Positions 13,734-26,129 of a stretch of DNA of 39,582 bases are shown piece after piece. The position numbers were made by a program, and so were the translations under genes. The notes beneath the pieces are model-generated. The model had not been told where the DNA came from. It was given only the letters and a program-made list of their open reading frames with translations, and did not search any database. Numbering within the stretch: the first letter of the stretch is position 1; the number at the start of each line of letters is the position of its first letter. This DNA is from Nemertoderma westbladi (Eukaryota; Animalia; Xenacoelomorpha): assembly GCA_032718475.1 (NCBI GenBank), contig JAUCBJ010001217.1, positions 1 to 39,582 on the forward strand. Direction: 5' to 3'.

Positions 13734-14065
13734 CTTACCTTACCTATCTGTGTATCGCGATGTATTTCGATTTCAACCGCGCTCTAACTCTATTTACATT
13801 CACGCTAATAACGATTATCCTCACTGTTTACTATATCATCAAAAGGAAATTCGGAGATCATCTTCTCAAGTTCTTCGCTCCTGTGTTAATACTTCTAGAA
13901 GGTCTGCAAGTACCTATACGATGGACCTTTACCATACTGTTCATCCTCTTCTATTTAGTTTTTGTCATTTATGACACGATTCAAGATGTCTCCCGTCTGG
14001 TATCGGGATTGGGTATCTTTGTGTTCATAGCCATCGGTGTGTTGTCTTCCAAACATCCCAACGCT
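13734..14065 (+). CDS. SLC28A3: SLC28/CNT nucleoside transporter exon (N-terminal TM segments)
   Basis: TTTTTCAG acceptor and GTGAGT donor at 14066 (phase 0). The translation ...FDFNRALTLFTFT...SRLVSGLGIFVFIAIGVLSSKHPNA matches CNT N-terminal motifs (F-x-RAL; LVS-x-x-G...SKH). The symbol denotes the family; orthology is not established. Confidence 0.88.
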
Positions 14066-14399
14066 GTGAGTCAAACTAACAATTTCTTATGAAAGTATTG
14101 CTTTGTACAAACTAGGTAATATTTACTACATTGAAATATTAGATAACCATATTTTGCCTCAGTTAATTTGAATTTTATTGTAATTTATTAGTATTATTTT
14201 TATTAACGTACATAGTGATAATCATAATTATGAATAGGCACTAATACAAGAGCGCAATAGAAATAATGATACGAAAATATAGGTAAATTATTATAACGAT
14301 TAAGTAATATAATATAGGGCCGGTTCCTCAAAACTTAAAGTAAACTATAAATAATATTAGTGATTATGATGCAGAAAGGTAATTTAACATAAGCTGCAC

Positions 14400-15309
14400 C
14401 TCTTCCCATTGTAGTAAACCCTTTAATTACAACATCCCTATGCAACACCTCATCACTTAGTTCCCGACAGCTGCAACATCTAAAAGCAACGTTTCCTGTA
14501 TGCAAATTATATCAGCACTCAAGAGTTTTTATTATATGTTTTTATTATATAATCACTCATTATCTGGTGCAAAGCCAGTTGAATTATACGACACAACAGT
14601 TATAGCATTTCTCCAATAATCAGAGAAAGACACAACAGAATGCGCCGTGGTTGATTTTAATGTTCTGCCCGCTGAGAGTTTTAACTAACTGGGAGACTCC
14701 ATTAACCCGAACTGTTCCCTCAAGAATGCTGCTAGAGTTAAATTGCCCCAGATTTGCCCTATCCAGGTTCCCTCTACTATACATCCATTGCATCACACAA
14801 ATCCCACTCGACCACATTTCTGGATTCAATGCATTCTCCAGATCCAGGCGACAAATGCTAACTTTAAAACTTGCCGAATGGGACTCTTTATGTGACCTCA
14901 ATTCCACATCCTCGACTGTGGGAACAACCCGAAATACAAAAATATCCGTTGGTGCCGCCATTAACTTTCCTCTATCCCCAATAATTCCATCTCTACTCGA
15001 ACCTTGTACAGTTCCAACCACATAGGAGCTCTGGGTAAGGGTACTGCACCCTCTTGGTGGGACATCAATACAACCTTCATCACCTTGACTCAGTGATAAT
15101 CTAGGGCGTTTCAGACTACCTGTACAGGATGGAGTAGGAGTGCTACTCAGTGCAGTGGAGCGCATTGCTATGATTCTTATATATCTAATATAAATAAATA
15201 TGTTAGAAAGGTTGCATTGAAACGTAATACTCAGGGCTGTCTGAGTATTACAGTCAAATAAAGTGCAAAAGAACCGCCTGCAGTTCCCCTGTCTGTCGTT
15301 AGAAGGCAA
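14400..15309 (-). mobile_element. Decayed LINE 5' fragment: ORF1 C-terminal RRM-like region plus start of the APE endonuclease
   Basis: The ORF contains DIFVFRVVP...SFKVSI...ALNPEMWSSGICV (ORF1-type motif). Downstream on the - strand, ITVVSYNSTG and ADIICIQET are APE endonuclease N-terminal motifs, disrupted by indels. Confidence 0.6.
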
Positions 15310-16503
15310 AATTGCTGAAGGCAGACATCTGTTCCAACTTTGTTATTTACAATCCGTTTCATCTGAAAACTTGGCAGGTATCTACTATAAAATAAGTTGC
15401 ATCTTTTCAAGGATGCAAAGCCACCTGGAGTTCCCCAGTCTACAGATATGGTGGCAAAATGCGGGATACTTAGAACCTCAAATTTCGTTATTTTAAATAT
15501 GCTTAAGGTGAAATTTGACATTTGAAACTATATGCTAGACAATAGGCTGTATTTTCATGATGATGTGGATGCTGATCTGTATGCAGTTCTTCCAATGCCA
15601 AAGATTTATCACAGTAGCGTAACATTCAAGATTAACAACACTCATGCACTATAAAGCATTCTAGTATGTTTATAGATATGAATAATTTATGAGTGCTGAA
15701 TTCACAATCTCCTCTGCCCTAAATCAAAATTGACGTGGCGTCCCCTCAAAATATTTAATAATACAAAAAATCTCCAACCTTCTACGTTTGAATCCCCTCA
15801 TATAAAGGGCCTTAAACCTTTACAGTAACTTGTTACCATTATAGCAATGGCAGGAGTATAATCCTCTTGACCTCCATTAGTGATTTTTCAATCTTTCAAA
15901 TTTTTATCATTTTATATAAAGTTAGACTTCTATTTTACATCATTTTAGTACAACATGCCCACGTTTCACAGTGGGCCAGAGTTGGCCAAAATACCCCAAA
16001 AGTGACTTGTTTAATTTTATCTGAAAACTAGCCTATGTTGAAGAGCGTATTTGAAAACATGGAAAAAATATTTTCGAATTTAAAAATTCGTCTTGTTTCA
16101 CAAGATATAGGGCCAAAAGTTAAAAAAATATCATATTTCAAAATTTGATAAGCTGCGCTTTTTTTCCCTCAAGAGCCTTCGTCAATTTGTTTCATCAAAA
16201 ATGACCCACTACTATAGCACTTCTAACCAGTAAATTATAAAAATGCCCTTTTGTGCCCCTTTTGAAAATTTGGCTTTTAAAAATGTTCATTATTTCAAAA
16301 AAATGTCATTTATCGTAAATTATGGTGTTTTTGCTGCTACTTGTAATTCATTACTGTGATTCATTACTGATCTCCCCAGCAGCCTTCCTAGATGCCTCTA
16401 TTAGTATTACCTGAACCGAGCCTACGTACATACGATAAGCAATTAATTCTGATTGGCTGGCCTATTATTTCGTGTAAGGGTAAGCTGTCTTAATAAAACG
16501 GTA

Positions 16504-16640
16504 GGTGCTAAAATGCACAACGAGCAAGAACGAGCAACAATGAGCAACAACGAGCAATAATAAAGTACAACAACGAGTAACAATTAACAATGAGCAACAA
16601 CGAGCAACAATGAGCTACAACGAGCAACAATGAGCAACAT
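16504..16640 (-). repeat. Short inverted copy of the 10-bp TTGCTC(A/G)TTG satellite with shared flank
   Basis: GGTGCTAAAATGCAC followed by CAACGAGCAA/CAATGAGCAA units is the reverse complement of the end of the 31366-32266 array, including the TAAAGTACAAC variant. Confidence 0.9.
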
Positions 16641-16982
16641 TACATTACGGGCATCCTCAAACGTAATAAACCAATAAGATTTTACATTATTTCCTCTTGA
16701 CAAGTAGACACCATTATCATCAGATTTTGCTGAAGCAATTCAAATTACATCGCAGTTCAGTCTTTACGTATTCTAGTAGGTTTCGTTTTCAGTTCAAGTT
16801 CCTCAGGATTGCAAAGAAACACATTTAAAATAGTTTTAGAATCCCATGATTGCTTGTCGCTGCTGGCAGTAACTGATGCCATTTCATCCCCACCCTCCAT
16901 TATAAAGGACATGTAGTTTCAGATTTTATAAAATGGAAATTAGATAGCCCTACATTATACTACACTACATTTCATAATACAC

Positions 16983-17187
16983 TTATAACTTATGTTGGGC
17001 ACAGCTTTTGCAAAGTCGGCGAGTTTACCTGCTCATGGCCTCTCATCAGTCAATACCATCATGTGATGCCACTGTGCTCAACCCTACAATACTAGGGCTA
17101 CAGACTTCCAAGCCAAAGGTCACCAGTTCGATCCCACCTGGACGTCATTGCCGACTTTGCAAAAGCTGTGCCCAACAAAAGTTATAA
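16983..17187. mobile_element. 205-bp element with 38-bp inverted repeats and an internal tRNA-like fragment
   Basis: 16983-17020 and 17150-17187 are inverted with 1 mismatch. The interior GACTTCCAAGCCAAAGGTCACCAGTTCGATCCC contains a B box-like GTTCGATCC. Confidence 0.7.
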
Positions 17188-17635
17188 TAATATGAAACCA
17201 CTGATTCACTCATAACACCAATAATAAATAATACCCTTAGTATGGCATGACAACAAATATGCTACAGTACCAAAATCAATATGGTGTCGTCGCGTTACGG
17301 CTACTGACACGCTATGGCTACTCTAAAAGTCGCGTTACGGCTAATCTATTGTCTTGGTTTTACATACGGGAATCATTATCAATATTGTTCCAAGTCAAAA
17401 GAAGTACGTTATCTTACTACATATATATCTACTTGTGGCGGTTAACTTCAAAGTCCTAAGTACAACTAATAAATTTAATTGAATTTCCGTTAGTTGGATC
17501 TACTGTAAACTTCCCAACAAAATGTACTGTAGATAGGCCTAACGCAATCGTGACATTCCCCTAACATAAGCAATAATATGAATATTATGATAATAGCGAA
17601 TGAAAAAAATGCAATAGTTATAAAGTATTTAAATT

Positions 17636-17676
17636 CGAACGTTTCGATTTAATCAATAAATCATCATCAGCGTAGG
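17636..17676 (-). ncRNA. Hammerhead-like motif in the Penelope pseudo-LTR (second copy at ~18994-19034, +, has a mutated core)
   Basis: The - strand reads CTGATGA-T-GATTTA-TTGAT-TAAATC-GAAACGTTC: core boxes, a 6-bp stem II and palindromic AACGTT. Stem I pairing is weak. The + copy reads GTGATGA and has a stem II mismatch. Confidence 0.55.
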
Positions 17677-18612
17677 AATGACTCATTCATTCTATTCCGT
17701 GACCGAAAGCATGCTACAGATTTTCTGAACTACCTTAACTCTAAACATTACGGCATTGAGTTTACCATCGAACATGAACTACGCCACTCTCTAAATTTCC
17801 TTGACGTCCTAATCAAGTTTAATGAAACAGATAACTCATTCCAAACATCTATTTACCACAAACCAACCTTTACTGGCCTATACACTTCCTATGGCAGTTT
17901 TATCCCGAATAAATTTAAAGTTTCCCTTATTGCAACGCTAGTTTACCGCTTGCTCATGATTTGCTCCACCTGGTGCCAATTTCAAACAGAAATATCGGTC
18001 CTACATAAGCATCTTACACTTAATTGATACCCTATGACTATGTTGTCATGGGTAACGGACAAAGTTATCGTGAAATTCACACATGCACCTAATGTTACCC
18101 CCGACACTGTTCCAAAAAAGTCAGTAATTTTAGTTCTACCGTACTTAGGGACGTATTCAACCATCCTACAGAAACGTTTACGCATCCTGTGCAAAGCTTA
18201 CCCTCAGTGTAACTTTAGGATCATATTCCGGCCCGCAACCCGGCTTGGGGTTTTTTTCCCATTCAAGGATAAACTTCCATTATCTCTCAGATCCCTTACC
18301 TTTTATAAATATAAGTGTAGTAGCTGCGATGCTACTTATATTGGCGAATCAAAACGCCATTTCAAGGTAAGAGTATGTGAACATATTGGTATATCTCCCC
18401 GAACAGGAAGACCCACATCCGCTCCCAGACACTCAGCAATACATGATCACTCCCTAGAGTTTGATCATAAGTTGTCCTATACCGATTTCACGGCTATAAG
18501 TAGGGCCAATACAAATTACGATCTTCTCATTAAAGAAAGTCTGTATATCAAGCATGAGAAACCTACTCTTAATATCCAAGGGACGTCCTTTCCTTTACAC
18601 CTGTTCCAGTAA
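17677..18612 (+). pseudogene. Penelope-like RT (C-terminal part) + GIY-YIG endonuclease, one in-frame stop
   Basis: A single frame reads NDSFILF..FLNYLNSKH..IEFTIEHE..LNFLDVLI..IYHKPTFTGLY, then TGA at 18025-18027 (N*YP), then LPYLG and YKYKCSSCDATYIGESKRHFKVRVCEH...LLIKESLYIKHEKPTLN. Confidence 0.92.
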
Positions 18613-19364
18613 ATTATCTTTTCGCAACCCATCCCCATCCCTGCCCCCCCCCCCCCCCCTCCCCCCGACCGAGCACTTATGTACCTACCTACACTATACA
18701 TTAATTCTAAATATTGTTTTTTTCACTATCTTACGTGCACCTACAATACGTTTTGTAACCCGTTTTGTAACGTTTAGGTAACCCCAATAATTCTGTATCT
18801 ATATGATTTTACGTTTACCCATATACATACCTGTAATCAATTCTGCTATAATACTTACTGCCTACCGGTATCTGTTGCATACTCCTAATAACTTTAATTT
18901 TACATGATTCTGAATTCTGATATTGTTGTATTTAAATCTATTGCAGTACTGTAGTATAAATATGTTAATTTGTTCATTTTTACTGTCTGTTAGCCTACGG
19001 TGATGATGATTTATTGATTACATCGAAACGTTCGAATTTAAATACTTTATAACTATGGCATTTTTTTCATTCGCTATTATCATAATATTCATATTAAGAC
19101 TATAACTATGGCATTTTTTTCATTCGCTATTATCATAATATTCATATTAAGACTGAGATACCCCACTGGGACTTCAATCACTTCTATAAGCAATAATACT
19201 AAGAAGTGCTGAAGTAATGAACAATGAAGCTATTAGCAGGGGCGTAGGCTGGTAGACAGGGGGGTAGATACTGGTTTCTAGGCCCGAATGATGGCCATTA
19301 ACAACTCTGTAATACAGTAGGCCTAACTGGGCAAAGTCTACTGAAGTCTACAAAAATAATTAAT

Positions 19365-19525
19365 TTTGTTCTAGAACAACAATTATTTGTTCTAGAACAA
19401 CAATTATTTGTTCTAGAACAACAATTATTTGTTCTAGAACAACAATTATTTGTTCTAGAACAACAATTATTTGTTCTAGAACAACAATTATTTGTTCTAG
19501 AACAACAATTATTTGTTCTAGAACA
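19365..19525. repeat. Perfect 21-bp tandem repeat TTTGTTCTAGAACAACAATTA (7 full + 1 partial)
   Basis: Identical units, each containing the palindrome TTGTTCTAGAACAA, with no spacers. Confidence 0.97.
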
Positions 19526-20302
19526 GGCACATAAGAGTTGTGGAATTCCAGCATAATGTGGTTAAATATTATTATTATTATGAACACAAAGAAGAAAAGT
19601 TTTTTTTCATTATTTGACATGGCCAATGATTGCAAGTGAGCCATCAGATTTTTTACAAAGGAACTACTGATGACCACATAGTTATTCTTGGCGGACTTAT
19701 AGAACGCCCTTTTGCTGTTACAAGTTCTTGCCACTTCGGAGATTTGACTGTTCGCATTATTCTTTAATTATATGTCTTTCCCATTCATTCCAAACCTCGA
19801 ATTGCTTCCTACATTACAGTAAACCGTAATTAATTATACGATAATCTCATACGGAATGGAGTCGAACCGCCCAGAATTCTAGCTGATTAGCATACCATCT
19901 ATCTGCACACAACGCTGTCACACATCAACCAATTTCATGCGCTTTTAATGCACATATTGCTTTCAATTTCAACATGGATAAAGAATAAAAAAAAATTGAT
20001 TAAAATACGCTGAAGAACAGTAATCACTGAACTTTAATTTCCTTTGAAATATGAAGATGGATGTAAACTACACGAAGATTTCAGCATAATTCTAAATTAG
20101 AAATACTAATAATGAAAATACTAACTAATACTACTAAGAATGATGGATAATGATAAAAAGTACTGATTATGTTGCTATTATGTTTGAATACTTATTTATA
20201 TCATATGACTGGAAACAGTCATGCGGTGGCTACTACCTGCTATTTGCATCAGTTTTCGCCTGGAGAGGATTCAATTTAATTAACCCCCCCCCCCCCCCCC
20301 CC

Positions 20303-20547
20303 TGTTTTGGATTCACTCTCATTCAATTGCGGACAATATAATATAAAATAATAATATGCCGATATGACATTACTGCATTATGTATTCCAGTATTCTTGAT
20401 ACTCATTTTGTCTGACAATTTCAGTTCTAAATATAAAAAAGACACTACTGACTGGTCTGTCTAACACTACTGCACTACCGGTAACACATACTGACTAACA
20501 CTACTGCTTACAATAATTGGGACTTAGGTCATATAAATGTCACGACA
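20303..20547 (-). repeat. Putative 3' LTR of the BEL element (245 bp)
   Basis: The - strand begins TGTCGTGACA after the PPT-like tract and ends CCAAAACA at the poly-G. Only its first 39 bp recur at the other end. Confidence 0.6.
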
Positions 20548-20569
20548 CTCCGCCTTCAAAAAAAGTTTT

Positions 20570-23500
20570 TCAATATATATATTCATCATATTCTAAAGGA
20601 TATAGCAGTTTCAATGGCCTTTTTATAATCCTTTTTGAAGGGAGAGTTAGTTTGACAGATCGTATCAGCCCGTCATGACTCTGGATAAGTTGAGTTACTT
20701 TACCTAACTTCCACGATCCCCTTGGTAGGTTTTTCTCGTTTATTATTACAATGGATCCTATTTTTACTTCAGTATCTACAGCATGATTCTGTTTAATGTG
20801 TCTTTGATATCGTTCTCTTAAGGCTGGTAAGATATTCATCATTGAATATTGTCCAGCATTGATTTAAATATATCATTCCTTTCTTCCAATACTCTAGTAG
20901 GTCTATGGCTTTGGATTTCTTTGTTCCCGGTGTGTAATCTTTATCCTTCTCATTTTCAATTTCGATATAAGGAATCCCAGGTTTAGTATTGATAGTTAGA
21001 AAATCATTGGGAGTTAGGACGTATCTATCTTCCAGATCCGCACCAACGTAAGTTAAGGGTCGTGTATTGACCACAGCTTCTACCTCTGTCATAACAGTAT
21101 ACAATTGTAGATAGTTAAGACGCAATTTTCCTAGAGTTTTTCGCAGTGTACGTTTTATTATACCAACCATTCTCTCATAGAATCCACCCATCCATGGTGA
21201 TAGTTCTGGTATATATTTAATGTTTATTCCTTTACTGGAAATGTATGATAATACATCTTCATCATTTGTGACCTTCTTCCATAAGTTATTCATGACAGTG
21301 TCTGTGAGTTTGAACTGACCAGCATTGTCACAAATTATATTAGTAGGAGTTCCTCTCCTAGAGACAAATTGTCGTACACACATTAAGAATTCTTCAGATG
21401 ATTGATTAGCAGCTAGTTCGAGATGAATTGATCTCATTACTAAACAAGTGAAAAGACATACCCATGTTTTCACATTTTCCTTTGAAGGAAGTTATATGTA
21501 TAATGGTCCTAGGTAATCTAATCCAATGTGTTGGAAAGCAATAGCTTCAGTAGTTCTTAGTAAGGGAAAAGGAGGCATAATTGGTAATTTGTAAAGTCCT
21601 CCTTCCCATTTTCGGCAGGTCTTGCATATGAGCAGAACTGACCGCACTGCTCTTCTTCCCTGTGGTATCCAGTACTCTTTGCGCAGGGTTGATAATGTGT
21701 GGTTAATCCACGCATGTAGTCTACTTACATGAATGTGTTCTATTATTAGTGTAGTTAATGGAGAGATGGAATTTAGATGGAATTTTAGAGATAGTTGATG
21801 GAATTTGCAATAATCATCATTACTGATGTTTTCCAATCTTCCATAGCATCTAATTAGTCCATCGTTGTCTATCTTTAATCCAAGTTGATTAATAAGGTTG
21901 TTTCTTTTTCCATTGATGATATCATGTTTTATGTCTTTGAAGTGGTTCGATTGTATGTATTTCTCCCAAATTAATTTCGCATTGTTGATTTCTGTAGTCG
22001 TTAGGCATCCATTCAATTTCGTCTTTCCACGACAGTTTATAATAAATCTCTGAATCCATGCAGAAATACGTAGGATTCTGATCCACTTTGAATATTTATT
22101 TATGTCTAGTCCAAATGGTGTAGTCTTCATTTCATAAGATTTTTTGGTTATAATTGGAAGAGAAGCTTCGAATAGTATTTTGGAGGACATGCAACCCTGT
22201 ATTGCATCAATTGTTTTTTTTGTTATTTCTTCAACTCCCCAATTGGGCCATAATGATATATCACTTATGATCCATTTTGGTCCATTCCACCATAATGTGC
22301 TATTGTAGAGCTGTTTGGTTGTATATTGGCACCTAGTTGCAATATCAGCAGGATTATCTTGCGTATTCACATATCTAAAGTTGATGTTACTTGTATTTCT
22401 TATTTCTTTCAACCTATTTTCAATAAACACAGTCATTCTTTTATCACTTTTGAGCCAGGCTAAAACACATTGTGAATCGCTAAACAGTGTCTTTGTTTCC
22501 ATTTTCAGCTTTAGTTGTTCTTCAGCGAATTTAATACATCGGATGCCAATTACCATTGCCATTAGTTCTAAGCGAGGAATACTTGGCTTTTTTCGTTGAT
22601 TATCCTTCAAACTCTGTTTTGATATTGGGGCTAATCTATTTTTTGCAAATAATAACATTGATTTATATCCAGATTCAAGTGATATCCGTAAATATATTGC
22701 TGCTGCGTATGCTGTTTCCGAAGCATCGCAAAAACACATTAAATCAAGTTCATAATCCCCCAAGTTGCTCTGTATCTCTCCTTCAAATATATGTCGTGGG
22801 ATTTGGCATTCACTAATTTTCAATAGTTCATTGGCAATACTTGGCCACCTATTGATTATATTGTCGTTGAGTTTCATATTCCAATCTAGTTTTTCTCCCT
22901 TTTGTCTATCTTTCCACACTTCTTGGTATAATACCTTTGCTTGCAATGTAATAGGAATGAAATATCCTAACAGATCAAATATCTTTCCTAGGTTCTGCAA
23001 TATGTCACGAATATTTCTTACCTTAGTTTTAATGTTTGATTCTGCAATATGTATTTTATCGGCTTCAATATTCCATCCAATTCCAAGTACTTTGGTTACA
23101 CGTGATTTCATTAGATCAGCAAAATACATTTTATTAAGTAATTCATTAGAATTTGATGACCATTCACGTACATTCATAGAGGCTCCTTTAAAAATCTCTT
23201 TAGACTCAATATATAATTGTTTACCTTCATCTACATTATTCACTGAAGCTATTAAATTATCCACATATAAGTTATCCTGAATAACTTGGGCTACAGGAGT
23301 ATTGGTATTCTCTAAATGGTGTGCGATAACAGCACCAAGGAGATACTGGCACGAAATGATTCCAAATGGTATTTGACAAAATCGCATTGTGACAATATTG
23401 TTTTTCAATGGTTGCTTTATATCATTTGGGTCTTTATACCAGAAGAAACGAGTTACATCTTTATCTGTTTCTTGAATTCCTACTTGTAGATAAGCCTTTT

Positions 23501-24575
23501 CAATATCTGATATAATAGCTATAGATCTAAGACGAAATCGAATTAGCACCCCTGTCAAGTCTCTCATCAATGATGGTCCACGATACAAACACTCATTTAG
23601 GCATTTGCAATCTTTGTTTTTCTTTGCGCTAGCATTATATACTATACGTACCTTTGTTGTTGTTTTAGAGAGTTTAATTACAGGATGATGAGGAATATAA
23701 TGTTTGATTGGTTTATGTTTGTCATTCTCATCCTCATCACTTACTGTTTCGATTATACCATTATCCAGTTGATTGTTTATTATTGCGGAATACTTATCAT
23801 GTAAATCATTGTTCTCGATTAATCTTTGATGTAAAGATTTAAATCTATTGAAGGCTAAGTCACGATTTTCATTTGGATATTCATTATTGGGTTTCCATGG
23901 CTAACTAACGAAATATCTGTTATTTTCATATTTAACATTTTCTTTAAAATTTATAATCACTTGATCATCATCATCATTCATAGTTGGGTCTTCTATTCCA
24001 ATTATTTCCATCTTCCAGTAACTTTCGCTGTTGTTTATTACATTGGGTTCATATTGTTGATCCATATTGTCAAAAATCAACATAGATGTCTCATTAAATG
24101 ACTTATCTTCATTATCAGTATATCTCCCACTGATAACCCAACCAAATGTGGACTTTATCAAGCTTGGGCCTTCAGGCAGATTTATTTTCTCACCTGAAAT
24201 GAAATCTCCATAATAGTCTAATCCAATGAGGAAATTGATGTTTGTAATTTCATTTTCACCTGGAATTGTGTCCGCTAACGGTAAATCTTTCCATATTTCT
24301 TCAGATTTACCAAGATCAATTGACGATCTTTCAATTGGCCCAGTTATAATATTGACGACATGAACTGTTATTTGTTGGGAATTTCTGTTCATATCATATA
24401 GATTGATATCTGCTAATTTAAATGGTATCCTGATTGGTTCCTTTCTACCAAATGTGTTGGCAACAATTTCGCCTGGATCTCTTTCTACTAAAAATTCAAT
24501 TCTTTTGAAAATGAATGAGTAACATAAGTCCGCTTGCTTCCTGTGTCAAAGAAAACTCGTGTTGTAATTGGTTTC
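20570..24575 (-). pseudogene. BEL/Pao pol: aspartic protease, RT, RNase H, integrase, C-terminal DUF5641-type domain; several stops/frameshifts
   Basis: RVFFDTGSKRT (~24530-24560), SDIEKAYLQV, NLYVDNL, FCDASETAYAA, HIGLDYLGPL, WVCLFTCLVMRSIHLEL, SPWMGGFYERMVG and PRGSWKLGKV, split across ORFs 23901-24392, 21492-23588, 20793-21473 and 20570-20842. Confidence 0.93.
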
Positions 24576-24577
24576 AT

Positions 24578-26129
24578 TTATGTATGTCCAGGTTTCTGAA
24601 CATCTATTAAGGCAGTTTGCATTATGACTGACTCGTTAATTGACATTACTGGCAAACAATTGCTGGGATATCCATTGTTATCTTGCGATTCATTTAACTC
24701 CAATCTTTCTTTTGTTGCAACATTTTCAACTAATAAATTTGGACTACCCGCACTTTGATTTGAATGTTTTTTATAACATAAGCTTCTATGATGGTTTTTT
24801 GTTCTTCCACAGTGAGTACAAGTATAATTATATGTGCAATATCTAGTAGAATGACTCTCCTTTAAACAAATGTTACATTTGTTGCTCAACTGCAATTGTT
24901 TTTTTCGGGATGCGACATCCGGATATTTGTGGCATTTTTTTGTGGCGTTTTGGGTTTCCTGAGCAATACACACATGATCTATTTTCACCAAAGGATCGTT
25001 TACCAGCAACTGTTAATGCATGGCTAGTGGGTTTGTATTGCTTATAGTTATTTGGTCCTGACCAACCTTTATTGGTATTTTTATTATACGATGTTTCATG
25101 GTTATTCTTATTATGAATATCTCCGGAAGTCCTTTCAGTTAATGAATCGCGTCTTTCAGCTGCTTCTCGAGAAGCAATGTATCGCTTGAGGTTATTGCGT
25201 AAGGTACTTACTTCCCATTTTTCACTTGGATCTTTAAAGTACTCTAATTGTACTTTTACTTCCATTGGTAATTTCGAATAAATCATTGATACAAAAATTG
25301 GTTGAGAGATGTTTTCACCTAACCCTTCTAGGCTTCTAAGATTCTTTTCTATTGAATCATATGTGAGACGCAATCTACTTGTTTCATTCCTAGAAACAGC
25401 CAAATTCATTAATTCAGTATATATGGCATCAATTAAGGTTTGCGTTTCCCCAAATCTTTCTTTTAACAGTTCTACAGCTACATTATAATTTTCATTAGTC
25501 AATTGCAATCCTGAAATTTCCCTTTTGGCTTCACCGTCTAACTTTGTACGCAAGTAATTAAATTTCTCAACTGGTTTCAACTCATTTTTACTATCAATAG
25601 CTGCTTCAAATGAATCCCAAAATTCACCCCATTTTAATACATTTCCTGAAAAACGTTCTATATCCAATTTTGGCAAATTAACCTTTACTCTGCTTCCGGC
25701 ATAGTGAATTGCACTGATGCCCCCACCTTCATTAACTTGCACATTACTCATATTCATTGTTGCCTCTTCAAGGTTTGCTTGTAGGCCTATTTGTGCTTTG
25801 ACTTCATTTCGGTATTCATTGATACGTTGTATTCTCACAATTAGACGAGATGAAGAATTCATTATTTGATCATTAAATAGTGATACTGTACTAATTTCAT
25901 TATTCACAGCATCCCCATCATCGTCAGGCAATAAATTTAAAATTTGTTCATTAAGGGTATCTAAATCTTGACCATATAATTTAAGTTTACTTTTAGTTAT
26001 TTCAGCATCTTCTAAATTTATTTCATTTCCATCACTCATTAATTCATCAACTATTTTAAATAATTTCTTTATATTGGTCCTTGCAGCTTCTCTCTTCAAC
26101 CGCAATTTATTTGTCCCGGTTCCAGGCAT
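24578..26129 (-). pseudogene. BEL/Pao gag (DUF1759-type) with zinc knuckles, frameshifted
   Basis: VNLPKLDIERFSGNVLKWGEFWDSFEAAID...EKFNYLR...ENYNVAVELLKERFG. The knuckles CNICLKESHSTRYC and CTHCGRTKNHHRSLC are in a shifted frame. Confidence 0.9.

Larger units (their letters stand above)
17574..19153 (+). mobile_element. Penelope-like retroelement, 5'-truncated, with inverted pseudo-LTR
   Basis: It encodes an RT C-terminus and a GIY-YIG endonuclease. 17574-17676 is the reverse complement of 18994-19096 (103 bp, 3 mismatches). A 53-bp tandem duplication lies at the 3' end (19048-19153). Confidence 0.92.

Noticed and set aside
19365-19525. CRISPR-like palindromic repeat array
   Set aside because: Units are directly adjacent with no unique spacers, there are no cas genes, and the context is eukaryotic.
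22315-23280. + strand ORFs opposite the BEL pol (and similar ORFs opposite the LINEs)
   Set aside because: Antisense shadows of retroelement coding frames.
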